DNA of 64,000 bases from an uncultured bacterium (GCA_963851445.1 CAWKPH010000002.1:25716-89715); one strand, 5' to 3'; counted from the stretch's first letter, positions 35,968 to 45,776 are shown. Numbers and translations: made by a program. Notes: generated from the sequence alone by a model not told the origin.

Positions 35968-38070
35968 ATGCAAAGCAAATCTGGGAAGCTAAAACTCCAC
36001 GCACCATTCGAGCCAAATGGTGATCAACCCAAAGCAATCGAATCGCTTACGAACGGTCTTACCAAAGGCCTTGAATACCAGACACTTCTTGGCGTCACTG
36101 GGTCCGGGAAGACCTATACCATTGCACAGGTTATTAACAACGTACAAATGCCGACCTTGGTCATGGCTCATAACAAAACACTTGCTGCGCAATTGGCGCA
36201 GGAGTATCGAGATCTTTTTCCCGAGAATGCTGTTCACTATTTTGTCTCCTACTACGATTACTATCAACCGGAAGCATATCTTGCGCATTCGGACACTTAC
36301 ATTGAAAAAGAGGCACAAATTAATGCCGAAATAGATCGACTGCGGCATGCGGCAACACAAGCACTCCTTACACGGCGCGATGTCATAATTGTTGCATCGG
36401 TTTCAGCTATATATGGTCTTGGTTCACCAGAAAATTATGAGAAGGTGCATGTAAAGCTACAAAAAGGGGCCGAGGAGAATCGTTCTGCGCTTATTCGCAA
36501 ACTTGTGAATATCTATTTCGTACGCACTACAGCTGACCTTATGCCCGGTCAGTTGCGAGCAGTAGGGAATGCCATCGAGTTCATGCCTGTTAATGACCGA
36601 GCAATCTATAGGATCTCATTCGCCAATACAGAAGAGTCTACAACGATCGCGGCTATCGAATGTCTAGATCCTATTACGCGCGCGAAAACGGGGGAGCCGA
36701 ATACGGTGTTCATATTCCCTGCCAAGCACTTTGTGACTGATGAGGATAATCGCAAACGCGCACTGGAATCAATACGGGCTGAGCTCGAGGAGCGGCTAGC
36801 CCAGTTCAAACGCGAGGAGAAGCCGCTTGAAGCGGAGCGTCTCAAGCGCCGCACGTTGCACGATATATCACTCATCAGTGAGATGGGATATACAAATGGC
36901 ATTGAAAATTATTCAAGACATTTTGACGGCCGTGCACCTGGCGAAGCTCCGTACACACTCCTCTCATATTTTCCGCATAAGAAAGATGGATCTCCTGACT
37001 TTCTTACTGTCATTGATGAATCTCACGTAACTGTACCTCAGATCGGAGGTATGTATGGTGGCGATCGTTCTCGTAAGGACGTACTCGTTGAACATGGTTT
37101 TCGTTTGCCCTCTGCTCGCGACAATCGTCCTCTTAGATATGAGGAATTTGAAGAACGAATTGGACAGGTAATTTTTGTTTCTGCGACTCCCGGAATCTAT
37201 GAACGTGAACACAGTATTCCACCTCAAGGTCAAATTGTTGAACAAATTATTCGTCCGACGGGTCTCATTGATCCTGAACTCGAAGTGCGCCCCGTAAGTG
37301 AAACTTCAGGCAGTGCGTACCCAGGCCAAATTGCGGATTTCATTGATGAAGCGGAGAGAGCCATAAAGCAGGGTGGTCGCGCACTTGCGACTACCCTTAC
37401 AAAACAAATGGCTGAGGATCTTTCAGATTTTCTCCGGAAGCGCGGCATGAAGGCAGAGTATCTCCATAGTGATGTAAAGACGATCGACCGTATCGAAATT
37501 CTTACCGAATTTAGGAAAGGAGTTTTCGATATACTGGTTGGGGTGAACCTACTGCGCGAAGGGCTCGATCTCCCCGAAGTTCAACTTATTGGGATTCTAG
37601 ACGCTGATAAGGAAGGATTTCTACGCTCGGAAACCTCTCTTATCCAAACAATCGGACGGGCAGCGCGTAATGTCCTTGGGAAGGTTATTCTCTATGCCGA
37701 CAACATGACAGGCTCTCTTGATCGTGCCATAGGTGAAACAAATCGCCGCCGCGCAATTCAGGTTGCGTATAACAAGGCACACGGGATAACTCCGCAGACA
37801 ATCATTAAAGAAATCAGAGACATAGCCGCATCGATGAGAACTGAACATCAAAAGACACTTGAAAGCGTTCTAACACTTGATGCACGTTTATACGCAGAAG
37901 ATCCAGTAGCCTTCATTAAGGATAAGCGACGACAAATGGAAGAAGCTGTTGAAGCGCTCGACTTTGAAACGGCTGCAATTATTCGCGACGAGATTCTCAC
38001 ACTTGAAGGTAAGAGTGTAGCACCAAGTAAAGGAAAACCAACAAGATCTCGTACAAGGGGCAGACGTTAG
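35968..38070 (+). CDS. uvrB: excinuclease ABC subunit B
   Basis: 'GDQPKAIESLTNGL…LLGVTGSGKTYTIAQVI…HYFVSYYDYYQPEAY' are UvrB helicase motifs and the beta-hairpin region. Confidence 0.9.
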   Translation: MQSKSGKLKLHAPFEPNGDQPKAIESLTNGLTKGLEYQTLLGVTGSGKTYTIAQVINNVQMPTLVMAHNKTLAAQLAQEYRDLFPENAVHYFVSYYDYYQPEAYLAHSDTYIEKEAQINAEIDRLRHAATQALLTRRDVIIVASVSAIYGLGSPENYEKVHVKLQKGAEENRSALIRKLVNIYFVRTTADLMPGQLRAVGNAIEFMPVNDRAIYRISFANTEESTTIAAIECLDPITRAKTGEPNTVFIFPAKHFVTDEDNRKRALESIRAELEERLAQFKREEKPLEAERLKRRTLHDISLISEMGYTNGIENYSRHFDGRAPGEAPYTLLSYFPHKKDGSPDFLTVIDESHVTVPQIGGMYGGDRSRKDVLVEHGFRLPSARDNRPLRYEEFEERIGQVIFVSATPGIYEREHSIPPQGQIVEQIIRPTGLIDPELEVRPVSETSGSAYPGQIADFIDEAERAIKQGGRALATTLTKQMAEDLSDFLRKRGMKAEYLHSDVKTIDRIEILTEFRKGVFDILVGVNLLREGLDLPEVQLIGILDADKEGFLRSETSLIQTIGRAARNVLGKVILYADNMTGSLDRAIGETNRRRAIQVAYNKAHGITPQTIIKEIRDIAASMRTEHQKTLESVLTLDARLYAEDPVAFIKDKRRQMEEAVEALDFETAAIIRDEILTLEGKSVAPSKGKPTRSRTRGRR

Positions 38071-38131
38071 TTATCCGCATTTCACGTAGAGTCTAGAGTT
38101 TACCGGGCTACCTAAGTGCTACCATGTCTAC

Positions 38132-39229
38132 ATGCGGGTTCGTGTTCTTTTAGTAATGTTGTTTCTTTTGGCGTTTACGCTCATATTCGCCTTTGTCATC
38201 TTTGTAGCGAAAGCAGTATGGGATCAGCTGGGTCTTTTTCTTCCTCAAAGCATACTCATAGGTTCAGCGGTAATTCCTACCAACCGTATGCTTGGGGAAG
38301 TGTCGGTAGTTGTCACTGTTTTTATATTGCTCGTGCTCACATTTCTGTATCTCATCATTGATCGACTTATCATTCGACCCATCAAAGCCATTTCCTACGC
38401 GCTTGATTTCTTTGCTGAGCACAGCGCTAGAACAGAGCTTCCGAAATTCTCTCGCACAACCTATGAAATTAGTGCCCTCGCTGATGCGTTCCAACGCTTC
38501 ACCGATAATGTGGAAGAAGTGCACAAGCGTGATATGGAAATATCACGGGTCAAGTCTGATTTTATCTCAACTGCTGCGCACCAGTTGCGAACACCGCTTA
38601 CAGGCGTACGCTGGGCTCTTGAGGCACTACAGCTTGAGAATCTTACCGAAGGTCAAAAAGCGCTTGTTAAGAATGCGGTTGATAAAAGTCATGATCTTGT
38701 GACGATTGTTGGAACACTTCTTGATATTTCAAGCATTGAGTCAGGAAAATACAAATACGTTTTTGGTCCCGTTGAGGTTGATACCCTCGTTTCTGATGTA
38801 GTGGCAGATTTCTCAATGCTTGCTCAGGAAAGTTCCGTGAATCTTTTTTACGCAAAAAGCGGAGAGAAAGTTCCACCCGTGAAGGCAGATCGCGACCGCA
38901 TTAAATGGGTTCTCAACAATCTTGTTGAGAATGCGATCCGCTACACCCCTGCGCAGGGATCAGTACAACTTACGGTCGAAGTGAGTGGCGACCGTGTTTT
39001 CATTAGAGTAAGCGATACGGGCATCGGCATTCCTGCAAGTGATCGAAATAATATCTTTGAACGATTTTTTCGTGCAGGGAATGCGATTGCAAAAGAGAAC
39101 AAGGGAAATGGTCTTGGATTATATATTGCACGGCAAATTGCGCTCGATCATGGTGGCGATTTAAGTTTCAAGGGAAATGAAGCAAGCACAGGCACCACGT
39201 TCACGCTTGCGCTCAACATTGCGAAGTAG
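38132..39229 (+). CDS. sensor histidine kinase (2 TM, HisKA + HATPase_c)
   Basis: H-box 'STAAHQLRTPLTGVRWALEAL', N-box 'LVENAIRYT', G-boxes 'SDTGIGI' and 'GNGLGLYIARQI'. Confidence 0.8.
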   Translation: MRVRVLLVMLFLLAFTLIFAFVIFVAKAVWDQLGLFLPQSILIGSAVIPTNRMLGEVSVVVTVFILLVLTFLYLIIDRLIIRPIKAISYALDFFAEHSARTELPKFSRTTYEISALADAFQRFTDNVEEVHKRDMEISRVKSDFISTAAHQLRTPLTGVRWALEALQLENLTEGQKALVKNAVDKSHDLVTIVGTLLDISSIESGKYKYVFGPVEVDTLVSDVVADFSMLAQESSVNLFYAKSGEKVPPVKADRDRIKWVLNNLVENAIRYTPAQGSVQLTVEVSGDRVFIRVSDTGIGIPASDRNNIFERFFRAGNAIAKENKGNGLGLYIARQIALDHGGDLSFKGNEASTGTTFTLALNIAK

Positions 39230-39299
39230 GAGAAATATTGCCTAGTGCAATATACCCGTATTCGTTTTCCCTACACCTACACACAGGTATACTAGAGCT

Positions 39300-39677
39300 A
39301 TGGCTGACACACGATTCATCTTAGTCGTAGAGGACGATCCCGTATTAAAGAACCTTTTGGGACATACGTTTGCGGGCAAATATCAAACATTATACGCAAG
39401 CGATGGTAACGAAGCCCTCGCGTTATTTGAGCAATATAAGCCAGCACTCCTACTTCTTGATCTCATGCTCCCAACGATGGACGGCTTTGCGGTACTCGAG
39501 AGCATTCGTAAGCGAACTGATGCACTCAAGGATACCCCCATCATCGTGGTTTCGAATTTGGGGCAGGACAAAGATAAGGAACGAGCGCTCTCGCTCGGTG
39601 CCACGGCCTATATGGTCAAGGCTGAGGTTGCTATCGAGGAGATAGTCGCCAAAATAGAGTCAACATTAGAGAAATAG
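39300..39677 (+). CDS. stand-alone response-regulator receiver (CheY-like) domain protein
   Basis: 'ILVVEDDPVLKNL…LLLLDLMLPTMDGF…IIVVSNL' contains the receiver Asp and Lys; no output domain (125 aa). Confidence 0.8.
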   Translation: MADTRFILVVEDDPVLKNLLGHTFAGKYQTLYASDGNEALALFEQYKPALLLLDLMLPTMDGFAVLESIRKRTDALKDTPIIVVSNLGQDKDKERALSLGATAYMVKAEVAIEEIVAKIESTLEK

Positions 39678-39742
39678 CCTGAAGGTGTTACACTGTATGC
39701 GTACCTGTCCCGCCACGGACAGGGATCTTGCATTAATACAAC

Positions 39743-42538
39743 ATGCCAACAAAAAAAAGTACCGATTCGGTAGCAAAACACACAGATAGGGTGGAGAAAA
39801 AATCTAGAGAGCAACGAGGCGCTCTCAATTCGCACCACCAGGCCATGGGGGCGGAGTGGATTACCGTACGAGGAGCACGTACGCATAACCTTAAGAATAT
39901 TGACGTCAAACTGCCTCGGGGTGTCATGACGGTTATTACAGGTCTTTCAGGTTCCGGCAAATCCTCGCTCGCGTTTGATACCATTTTTGCCGAAGGACAG
40001 CGCCGCTATGTAGAATCACTCTCCGCCTACGCACGTCAATTTCTTAATCAGATGCAGAAACCGGACGTAGATGAAATCACCGGTCTCTCTCCCGCTATTT
40101 CTATAGATCAAAAAAGTCGTTCCAATAACCCGCGCTCAACGGTTGCTACCGTCACCGAGATATATGATTACCTTCGAGTGCTCTATGCACGTGCGGGTCA
40201 ACCCTACTGCGTGAATCACGATGTTCCGATTTCGAAGCTTTCAAAGGAGGAAATGATTCAAATGGTGTGGGATCGCGTCCACGCTAAAACCAAAGAGAAC
40301 CAGAATCCTGATCCAGCCGCTCAGGTTATGGGTGTTGAGTTTGACCGCACACAGGTACTCATATATGCGCCAATCGTTGTTGGCCGCAAGGGCGAATACT
40401 ACCAACTCCTCTACGATCTTCTCGGCAAGGGTTTTGAGCGCGTCGTAATTGATGGAAAGACACAGTCTCTACGTGACCGAGCTGTTCTCGACCGCAATAA
40501 GCGTCATGATATTGATGCGCTGGTCGACGGCATTTTTGTTTCCGAATTCATGCGTTCTCCTGATGCGGCACGTGAGCGTCTCTCCGAGGCTCTTGAAATC
40601 GCACTCAAAGAGTCGGATGGACTTGTAAAAATTAGACACGCCGATGGCACACTTGAAACCCTCTCTTCGAAATTTATATGCCCCGAGGACGGCGCATCGT
40701 TTCCTGAAGTAGAGCCGCGGCTGTTCTCATTCAACAGTCCGTATGGCGCCTGCCCACAGTGTAACGGTCTTGGCACCAAGTCTATTTTCTCTGACGAACC
40801 GTGCCCTGTTTGTAATGGACTGCGCCTACGCCCTGAAGCTCTGCGGGTATATTTGAAAGGCAAAAATAGTGGGAAGCCTCGCGAGAAGGTAAAGGGTAAA
40901 AGAAAAGATGCAGATGAAGAGCCTTCAGCAGAAAACAATAACGGGGGTCTTGGTAAGAATATCGTTAACTTTACGTCGCTTTCCATACGCGATGCAAAAA
41001 TATTCCTTGAGGAACTTGATCTTTCTGATTTCAGAATGGAAATTGCGGCGCCCATCATTCGCGAGATAGCAAACCGTCTTGATTTCATGCTTAACGTAGG
41101 ACTGGATTACCTCACCCTCAATCGCACCGCCTCAACACTTTCGGGGGGAGAATCACAGCGCATTCGCCTTGCCTCTCAACTTGGTACGGGCCTTGTAGGC
41201 GCCTTGTACGTTCTGGACGAGCCAACAATTGGTCTTCACCAACGCGATAACGATCGCCTCATCAAAACACTCCTTATTCTTAAAGAGCTTGGCAATACGA
41301 TTCTTGTTGTCGAGCATGACGAGGACACTATTTACTCCTCTGATTACATTGTTGACATTGGTCCTGGAGCTGGGGTTCATGGTGGCCAGGTAGTTGCGCA
41401 TGGATGGCTTGATGAGCTTCTCACGGCACCTATAAACGAGAGCGATTCGGTAACTCTAAGTTATTTGCGCGGCGAGAAGGAAATTGAAGTTCCCCAGGAG
41501 CGGCGAACCAGCGAAAAAGGCTCTATTAAAGTTCGTGGCGCCACACTACATAATCTAAAGAATCAGAATATCGATATACCACTGGGCAAGCTTGTGTGTA
41601 TTACAGGTGTATCGGGTTCAGGTAAATCTACATTTTTATATGACATTCTTCATAAGAATGTTTCAGCACGGCTAAGTAAGCGTGAATCAGAAGTGGTGAA
41701 TGCAGCTTCAATGACAGGCACTGAATACATCGGGCGCGTGGTGCTTATCGATCAGTCAGCAATCGGCCGCACGCCACGCTCAAACCCTGCAACCTATACG
41801 GGAGCCATGACCCATATCCGTGATATTCTCGCGGCAAGTTCAGAAGCAAGAGCGCGCGGCTGGAAACCAGGACGCTTCTCATTTAACGTTCCAGGGGGGC
41901 GCTGCGAGGCGTGTCAGGGGAACGGCATGATAGCAGTCGAAATGCACTTTCTACCAACCGTATATGTCACCTGTGACGTTTGTAATGGGACTCGATTCAT
42001 GCGTGAGACTCTTGAGGTCACGTATCGAGGCAAGAACGTTTATGACATTTTGCAGATGACCGTAGAGGAGGCAGAACTTTTCTTTAGAGATATTCCCGCT
42101 ATTGGCGAACGCCTTGATTCGCTTAACTCAACAGGACTCCAGTATCTTACGCTCGGACAAAGCGCGACAACGCTCTCTGGCGGCGAGGCACAGCGCGTGA
42201 AGATTTCCTCAGAGCTATATCGTCCGATTACGATGAAGACGCTTTATCTCCTTGATGAGCCGACCGTGGGACTCCATTATGAGGATGTGCGTAAATTAAT
42301 TGAGATACTTCAGGAGCTCGTGCGCCGGGGGAATACGGTTGTCGTTATCGAACACAACCTTGATGTCATCAAAAGCTCTGACTATCTTATCGATTTCGGG
42401 CCCGAAGGAGGTATACACGGTGGTCAAGTAATCGCAAAGGGAACTCCCGAAGAGGTTGCGCAGAATCCAAAATCATACACGGGCGAATATTTAGCGAAAG
42501 TTCTTAAGAAGTCTAAGGTGAAAAAGTCTAAGGATTGA
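39743..42538 (+). CDS. uvrA: excinuclease ABC subunit A
   Basis: 'ITVRGARTHNLKNIDVKLPRGVMTVITGLSGSGKSSLAFDTIFAEGQRRYVESLSAYARQF', two ABC modules and zinc-finger CxxC pairs. The start may instead be ATG 39845 (MGAEWITVRGAR). Confidence 0.9.
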   Translation: MPTKKSTDSVAKHTDRVEKKSREQRGALNSHHQAMGAEWITVRGARTHNLKNIDVKLPRGVMTVITGLSGSGKSSLAFDTIFAEGQRRYVESLSAYARQFLNQMQKPDVDEITGLSPAISIDQKSRSNNPRSTVATVTEIYDYLRVLYARAGQPYCVNHDVPISKLSKEEMIQMVWDRVHAKTKENQNPDPAAQVMGVEFDRTQVLIYAPIVVGRKGEYYQLLYDLLGKGFERVVIDGKTQSLRDRAVLDRNKRHDIDALVDGIFVSEFMRSPDAARERLSEALEIALKESDGLVKIRHADGTLETLSSKFICPEDGASFPEVEPRLFSFNSPYGACPQCNGLGTKSIFSDEPCPVCNGLRLRPEALRVYLKGKNSGKPREKVKGKRKDADEEPSAENNNGGLGKNIVNFTSLSIRDAKIFLEELDLSDFRMEIAAPIIREIANRLDFMLNVGLDYLTLNRTASTLSGGESQRIRLASQLGTGLVGALYVLDEPTIGLHQRDNDRLIKTLLILKELGNTILVVEHDEDTIYSSDYIVDIGPGAGVHGGQVVAHGWLDELLTAPINESDSVTLSYLRGEKEIEVPQERRTSEKGSIKVRGATLHNLKNQNIDIPLGKLVCITGVSGSGKSTFLYDILHKNVSARLSKRESEVVNAASMTGTEYIGRVVLIDQSAIGRTPRSNPATYTGAMTHIRDILAASSEARARGWKPGRFSFNVPGGRCEACQGNGMIAVEMHFLPTVYVTCDVCNGTRFMRETLEVTYRGKNVYDILQMTVEEAELFFRDIPAIGERLDSLNSTGLQYLTLGQSATTLSGGEAQRVKISSELYRPITMKTLYLLDEPTVGLHYEDVRKLIEILQELVRRGNTVVVIEHNLDVIKSSDYLIDFGPEGGIHGGQVIAKGTPEEVAQNPKSYTGEYLAKVLKKSKVKKSKD

Positions 42539-42581
42539 GAAATAATCCTACGGTAAACTTGCTTCGTAAGGCACTATCTCT

Positions 42582-43904
42582 ATGCAAAAGAGTGATATAG
42601 CAAAATTTGAGCTCCCTGAATTACCGGGTGTATATATATTCACCCAGGGCAAGGGTCGTGCAAAAAAAGTGCTCTACGTAGGGAAGGCCACCTCACTTCG
42701 TGACCGAGTGCGGTCCTATTTTGACATTGATCTTATTTCCACACGCGGGCCTCGAATTGTGGACATGGTAACAAAGGCAGACGGACTCAGGTATGAGACT
42801 ACCCCAACAGTGCTCGAAGCGCTCGTACGCGAGGCGGCCTTGATTCGTGAGTATCATCCGCCAGCGAATGCTGAGGGTAAGGATGATAGAACCTTTCTCT
42901 ACGCAGTCGTTACTGACGAGGAGATTCCGCGCGTCCTTGCTATACGAGGGAGCGACATTAATTTCGATACAAAAGTTGCGCAGGGTATACGATATCGGGA
43001 GGCGTTTGGACCATTCCCCTCTGGATATCAGCTCCGTGAAGGACTCCGGCTTATTCGCCGCATATTTCCCTTCTACGATACTCCAAAGCCTGTGGGGAGT
43101 AAGGGTAAGCATCAGGAGGCAGATATTGAATTTAATCGACAAATTGGTCAGTATCCAAAAGACATACACAAAAAGAGCTATTTACGTTCAATACGAAACG
43201 TTTGTTTGTTCCTTTCGGGCCATGTGAAGAAATTGCGTGAGACTCTTACGAAGGAAATGAAGTTAGCGGCTAAGAAAGAAGAATTTGAATTTGCAGCACA
43301 AATCAGAAGGGAACTCTTTGCGCTCGATCATATCCAAGACGTATCACTTATACGCGAAGACCGTGACAAGCATACGATGGGGCCACGAATCGAAGCCTAC
43401 GACACAGCGCACATCTCGGGCACAAGCGCTATTGGCGTTATGACCGTTATTCAGGATGGAACGCCACAAAAAAAGGAATATCGTACTTTTCGTATACAAG
43501 GTACAAAGCAGAAGAGTTTGCGTAAATCTGTTAATTTAAAATCAAAAGACTCTGATAAGGGGCTTAGGATAGAAGTGCGTCGTATGAATGATGACATTGC
43601 ATCTCTCAAGGAGATTCTTTCGCGGCGTATGGGCCATCCTGAATGGCCAATGCCGCGTGTGATAGTTGTTGATGGAGGAAAGACACATAAGAAAGCTGCG
43701 GAAAGTGTTCTAGAGGAACTTGGTATTCATATTCCTATAGTGGCGGTTGTAAAAGATGAGCGCCATAGACCACGAGAGGTAATTGGAGGCATACGTGCAG
43801 GCATCACTGATGCTGACGCGGTCCTCGCTAACGCAGAAGCCCATAGATTCTCGCTTACTCGGCACCGCCAGGCGCGCAAGAAAAGTCTTCATCGAGACAC
43901 TTGA
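42582..43904 (+). CDS. uvrC: excinuclease ABC subunit C, short form lacking the C-terminal (HhH)2 domain
   Basis: GIY-YIG 'LPELPGVYIFTQGKGRAKKVLYVGKATSLRDRVRSYF' and an RNase-H-like endonuclease region 'VIVVDGGKTHKKAA…DERHRPRE…EAHRFSLTRHRQARKKS'. At 440 aa there is no HhH tail. Confidence 0.75.
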   Translation: MQKSDIAKFELPELPGVYIFTQGKGRAKKVLYVGKATSLRDRVRSYFDIDLISTRGPRIVDMVTKADGLRYETTPTVLEALVREAALIREYHPPANAEGKDDRTFLYAVVTDEEIPRVLAIRGSDINFDTKVAQGIRYREAFGPFPSGYQLREGLRLIRRIFPFYDTPKPVGSKGKHQEADIEFNRQIGQYPKDIHKKSYLRSIRNVCLFLSGHVKKLRETLTKEMKLAAKKEEFEFAAQIRRELFALDHIQDVSLIREDRDKHTMGPRIEAYDTAHISGTSAIGVMTVIQDGTPQKKEYRTFRIQGTKQKSLRKSVNLKSKDSDKGLRIEVRRMNDDIASLKEILSRRMGHPEWPMPRVIVVDGGKTHKKAAESVLEELGIHIPIVAVVKDERHRPREVIGGIRAGITDADAVLANAEAHRFSLTRHRQARKKSLHRDT

Positions 43905-43929
43905 CAAAATATACTCTACATGATAGAGT
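43901..43929 (+). promoter_or_regulatory. sigma70-like promoter TTGACA-17-TAGAGT (extended TG) driving a non-coding transcript
   Basis: TTGACA at 43901–43906 overlaps the uvrC stop. TGATAGAGT at 43921–43929. The predicted TSS is about 6–8 nt before the GGGGCTG at 43943. Confidence 0.5.
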
Positions 43930-43936
43930 ATATTTG

Positions 43937-44201
43937 GATATAGGGGCTGGTTCGAATTCGCCCCCAACCGCAACAGGCGCCAGGAGAAAGGACCCAATGC
44001 TTCGCGAGCGAAGTAGCACCTAAAATAGCAGCGCCTCGTTTGCGCAAATTTGTCTCATAGGGGATTACGGCAGATCCTGAGATACCCGCACACGCAAAGA
44101 TCAAATCAATGCGGTCCGAGGTACCACGACCTAGCCAACACCCAACAGCGAGACACAGGGCCGGGAGTCTTCAATGACATAATCCCGGCCCTTTCGCTTT
44201 T
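43937..44201 (+). ncRNA. candidate structured non-coding RNA (~265 nt), class unassigned; partial resemblance to RNase P RNA conserved stretches
   Basis: A promoter and an intrinsic terminator (GGGCCGGGA…TCCCGGCCC + TTTCGCTTTT, 44158–44201) bracket a region with no credible ORF. Internal stem-loops (GGGGC…GCCCC; CTTCG-CGAG-CGAAG). Stretches 'AGGAGAAAGGACCC', 'CATAGGGGATTACGGCAG' and 'CCACGACCTAGCCAACACCCAACAGCGAGACA' resemble rnpB CR-I, the 'AUAGGGCA…ACGGCAGG' region and 'CCACGACCAGUGCAACAGAGAGCA', but the P15–P18/CR-II/III regions are absent. Confidence 0.4.
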
Positions 44202-44252
44202 CCATACTATATTGATTCAAATACTTACGGTTGCATCTGTTATACTTTTGCC

Positions 44253-45212
44253 ATGAATGGCACGGTCGTCGGGGTTCTTCGAGGGGGTCCATCCCGGGAG
44301 CATGAAATATCTATTCTTTCGGGCCATGCAATCGTGGCAAATTTGTCCCGCGAAAGGTTCATTGTTAAGGATATTTATATTGATAAACAGGGCCAATGGT
44401 TCGAACGTGGTAAGCAGAGTACGCCGGTTGATATTTTGCGTACCGTTGATGTGGTGGTGATTGCGCTTCATGGCGAGTACGGGGAAGATGGCGAAGTCCA
44501 GAAGCTTCTAGAGCGTCTCGGTATTCCCTACACGGGCTCAGATTCCCTTGCCTCCTACCTTGCTATGCACAAAGTACTTGCAAAGGAGCGTGCCAAAGAG
44601 GCCGGACTCAAAACTCCTAAATATTATTTAGTAGAGCCAGGAGCGGACCTTGAATCAGTTGCCTATAACCTTACGCGTACATTCCACCAGCCACTCGTGG
44701 TAAAGCCAGTGAAGTGGGGGTCATCTGTGGGTGTATCAATTGCAGGTGGTTATGCGCAGATTCATCAAGCGATTGCGTCACTTCTAGATGAAGCAGAAGC
44801 AGTACTTGTGGAGGAATACATACGGGGAACCGAGGCGAGTGCGGCGGTTGTGGAGGGCTTACGTGGTGAAGAATTATACGGACTACCGCCAATCGAGATA
44901 ATCCCCCCTACCAATGATTTTTTCTCGTACGATGCCAAATACAACGGCAAGAGCAAGGAAATATGTCCTGCTCGATTTTCAAAGGAGACAATGGAGGAGC
45001 TTGTAGAAAGCGCTCGTACCATGCATCGCTCGCTTGGACTCCGGCATTACTCTCGTTCTGATTTCATAGTCACACCGCATGCTACGTATTACCTCGAAAC
45101 TAATACACTCCCTGGTCTCACCAAGGAGTCACTTCTCCCAAAGTCGCTAACGGCCGTTGGAGTCTCATTTTCAGATTTCCTTACACACATCGTCGATCTC
45201 GCGCTTGGGTAG
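44253..45212 (+). CDS. ddl: D-alanine--D-alanine ligase
   Basis: 'VVVIALHGEYGEDGEVQKLLERLGIPYTGS' and the ATP-grasp C-terminal 'DFIVTP…YLETNTLPGLT'. Confidence 0.85.
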   Translation: MNGTVVGVLRGGPSREHEISILSGHAIVANLSRERFIVKDIYIDKQGQWFERGKQSTPVDILRTVDVVVIALHGEYGEDGEVQKLLERLGIPYTGSDSLASYLAMHKVLAKERAKEAGLKTPKYYLVEPGADLESVAYNLTRTFHQPLVVKPVKWGSSVGVSIAGGYAQIHQAIASLLDEAEAVLVEEYIRGTEASAAVVEGLRGEELYGLPPIEIIPPTNDFFSYDAKYNGKSKEICPARFSKETMEELVESARTMHRSLGLRHYSRSDFIVTPHATYYLETNTLPGLTKESLLPKSLTAVGVSFSDFLTHIVDLALG

Positions 45213-45229
45213 ACCATGCACTTTTCACT

Positions 45230-45568
45230 ATGAATGATCTATCTCAAAGAAAATGCATTCCATGCGGAACACACACCAAAGCATTTACTCGCGAGGAGGC
45301 GGAAAAAATGCAATCAGAAGTAGCAAACTGGACACTGGACGATGCTGCGAGAGTTATTTCTAAGAGCTACGCATTCAAAAATTTTGCTGAAGCTATGGCT
45401 GCAGCGAATATGATTGGGGACTTAGCTGAGCGTGAAGGTCATCATCCTGATCTCCATGTCTCATGGGGAAAACTTGTGGTTGATCTCTCGACGCATTCCA
45501 TCGGTGGCCTTACTGTAAATGACTTTATATTGGCAGCGAAGATTGATGCACTTGCTCTAGATAAATAA
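45230..45568 (+). CDS. phhB: pterin-4a-carbinolamine dehydratase (PCD/DCoH)
   Basis: 'EGHHPDLHVSWGKLVVDLSTHSIGGLTVNDFILAAKID' is the PCD signature. Confidence 0.75.
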   Translation: MNDLSQRKCIPCGTHTKAFTREEAEKMQSEVANWTLDDAARVISKSYAFKNFAEAMAAANMIGDLAEREGHHPDLHVSWGKLVVDLSTHSIGGLTVNDFILAAKIDALALDK

Positions 45569-45615
45569 AGACGATAAAGTTATCCGAGGAGCGCGAAAAG
45601 CGCTCCGAACAATAT

Positions 45616-45691
45616 GGGCCCATAGCTCAGCTGGTAGAGCATCTCATTTGCAATGAGAGGGTCAGGAGTTCGAGTCTCCTTGGGTCCACCT
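45616..45691 (+). tRNA. tRNA-Ala (anticodon UGC)
   Basis: Acceptor GGGCCCA/TGGGTCC with the G3:U70 Ala identity pair, anticodon stem TCTCA/TGAGA, loop TTTGCAA, T-arm GGAGTTCGAGTCTCC, discriminator A. Confidence 0.85.
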
Positions 45692-45776
45692 TAGCGACAG
45701 AATACTTGACAAAAAGTAGTACAATGCTATTGTTTATTAGCATTCGCCACTGTTCCTTGTCATAAGGGCTACAACT

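Noticed and set aside
39690-39730. Hairpin CTGTCCG-CCA-CGGACAG between the receiver gene and uvrA as a terminator or SOS operator
   Set aside because: It is not followed by a T-run and has no GAAC…GTTC core, so I could not support either interpretation.
43937-44201. tmRNA (ssrA) assignment for the GGGGCUG-initiated transcript
   Set aside because: There is no tRNA-like 3' end (no T-arm, no CAGCCCC-A-CCA complementary to the 5' GGGGCUG). There is also no plausible tag-peptide reading frame ending in hydrophobic residues; in-frame candidates end '…ERSST*' or '…RKFVS*'. Kept only as an unclassified ncRNA candidate.
44050-44256. 68-aa ORF inside the ncRNA region
   Set aside because: Low-complexity product, no RBS, and it overlaps a promoter/terminator-bounded structured region. 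Treated as spurious.
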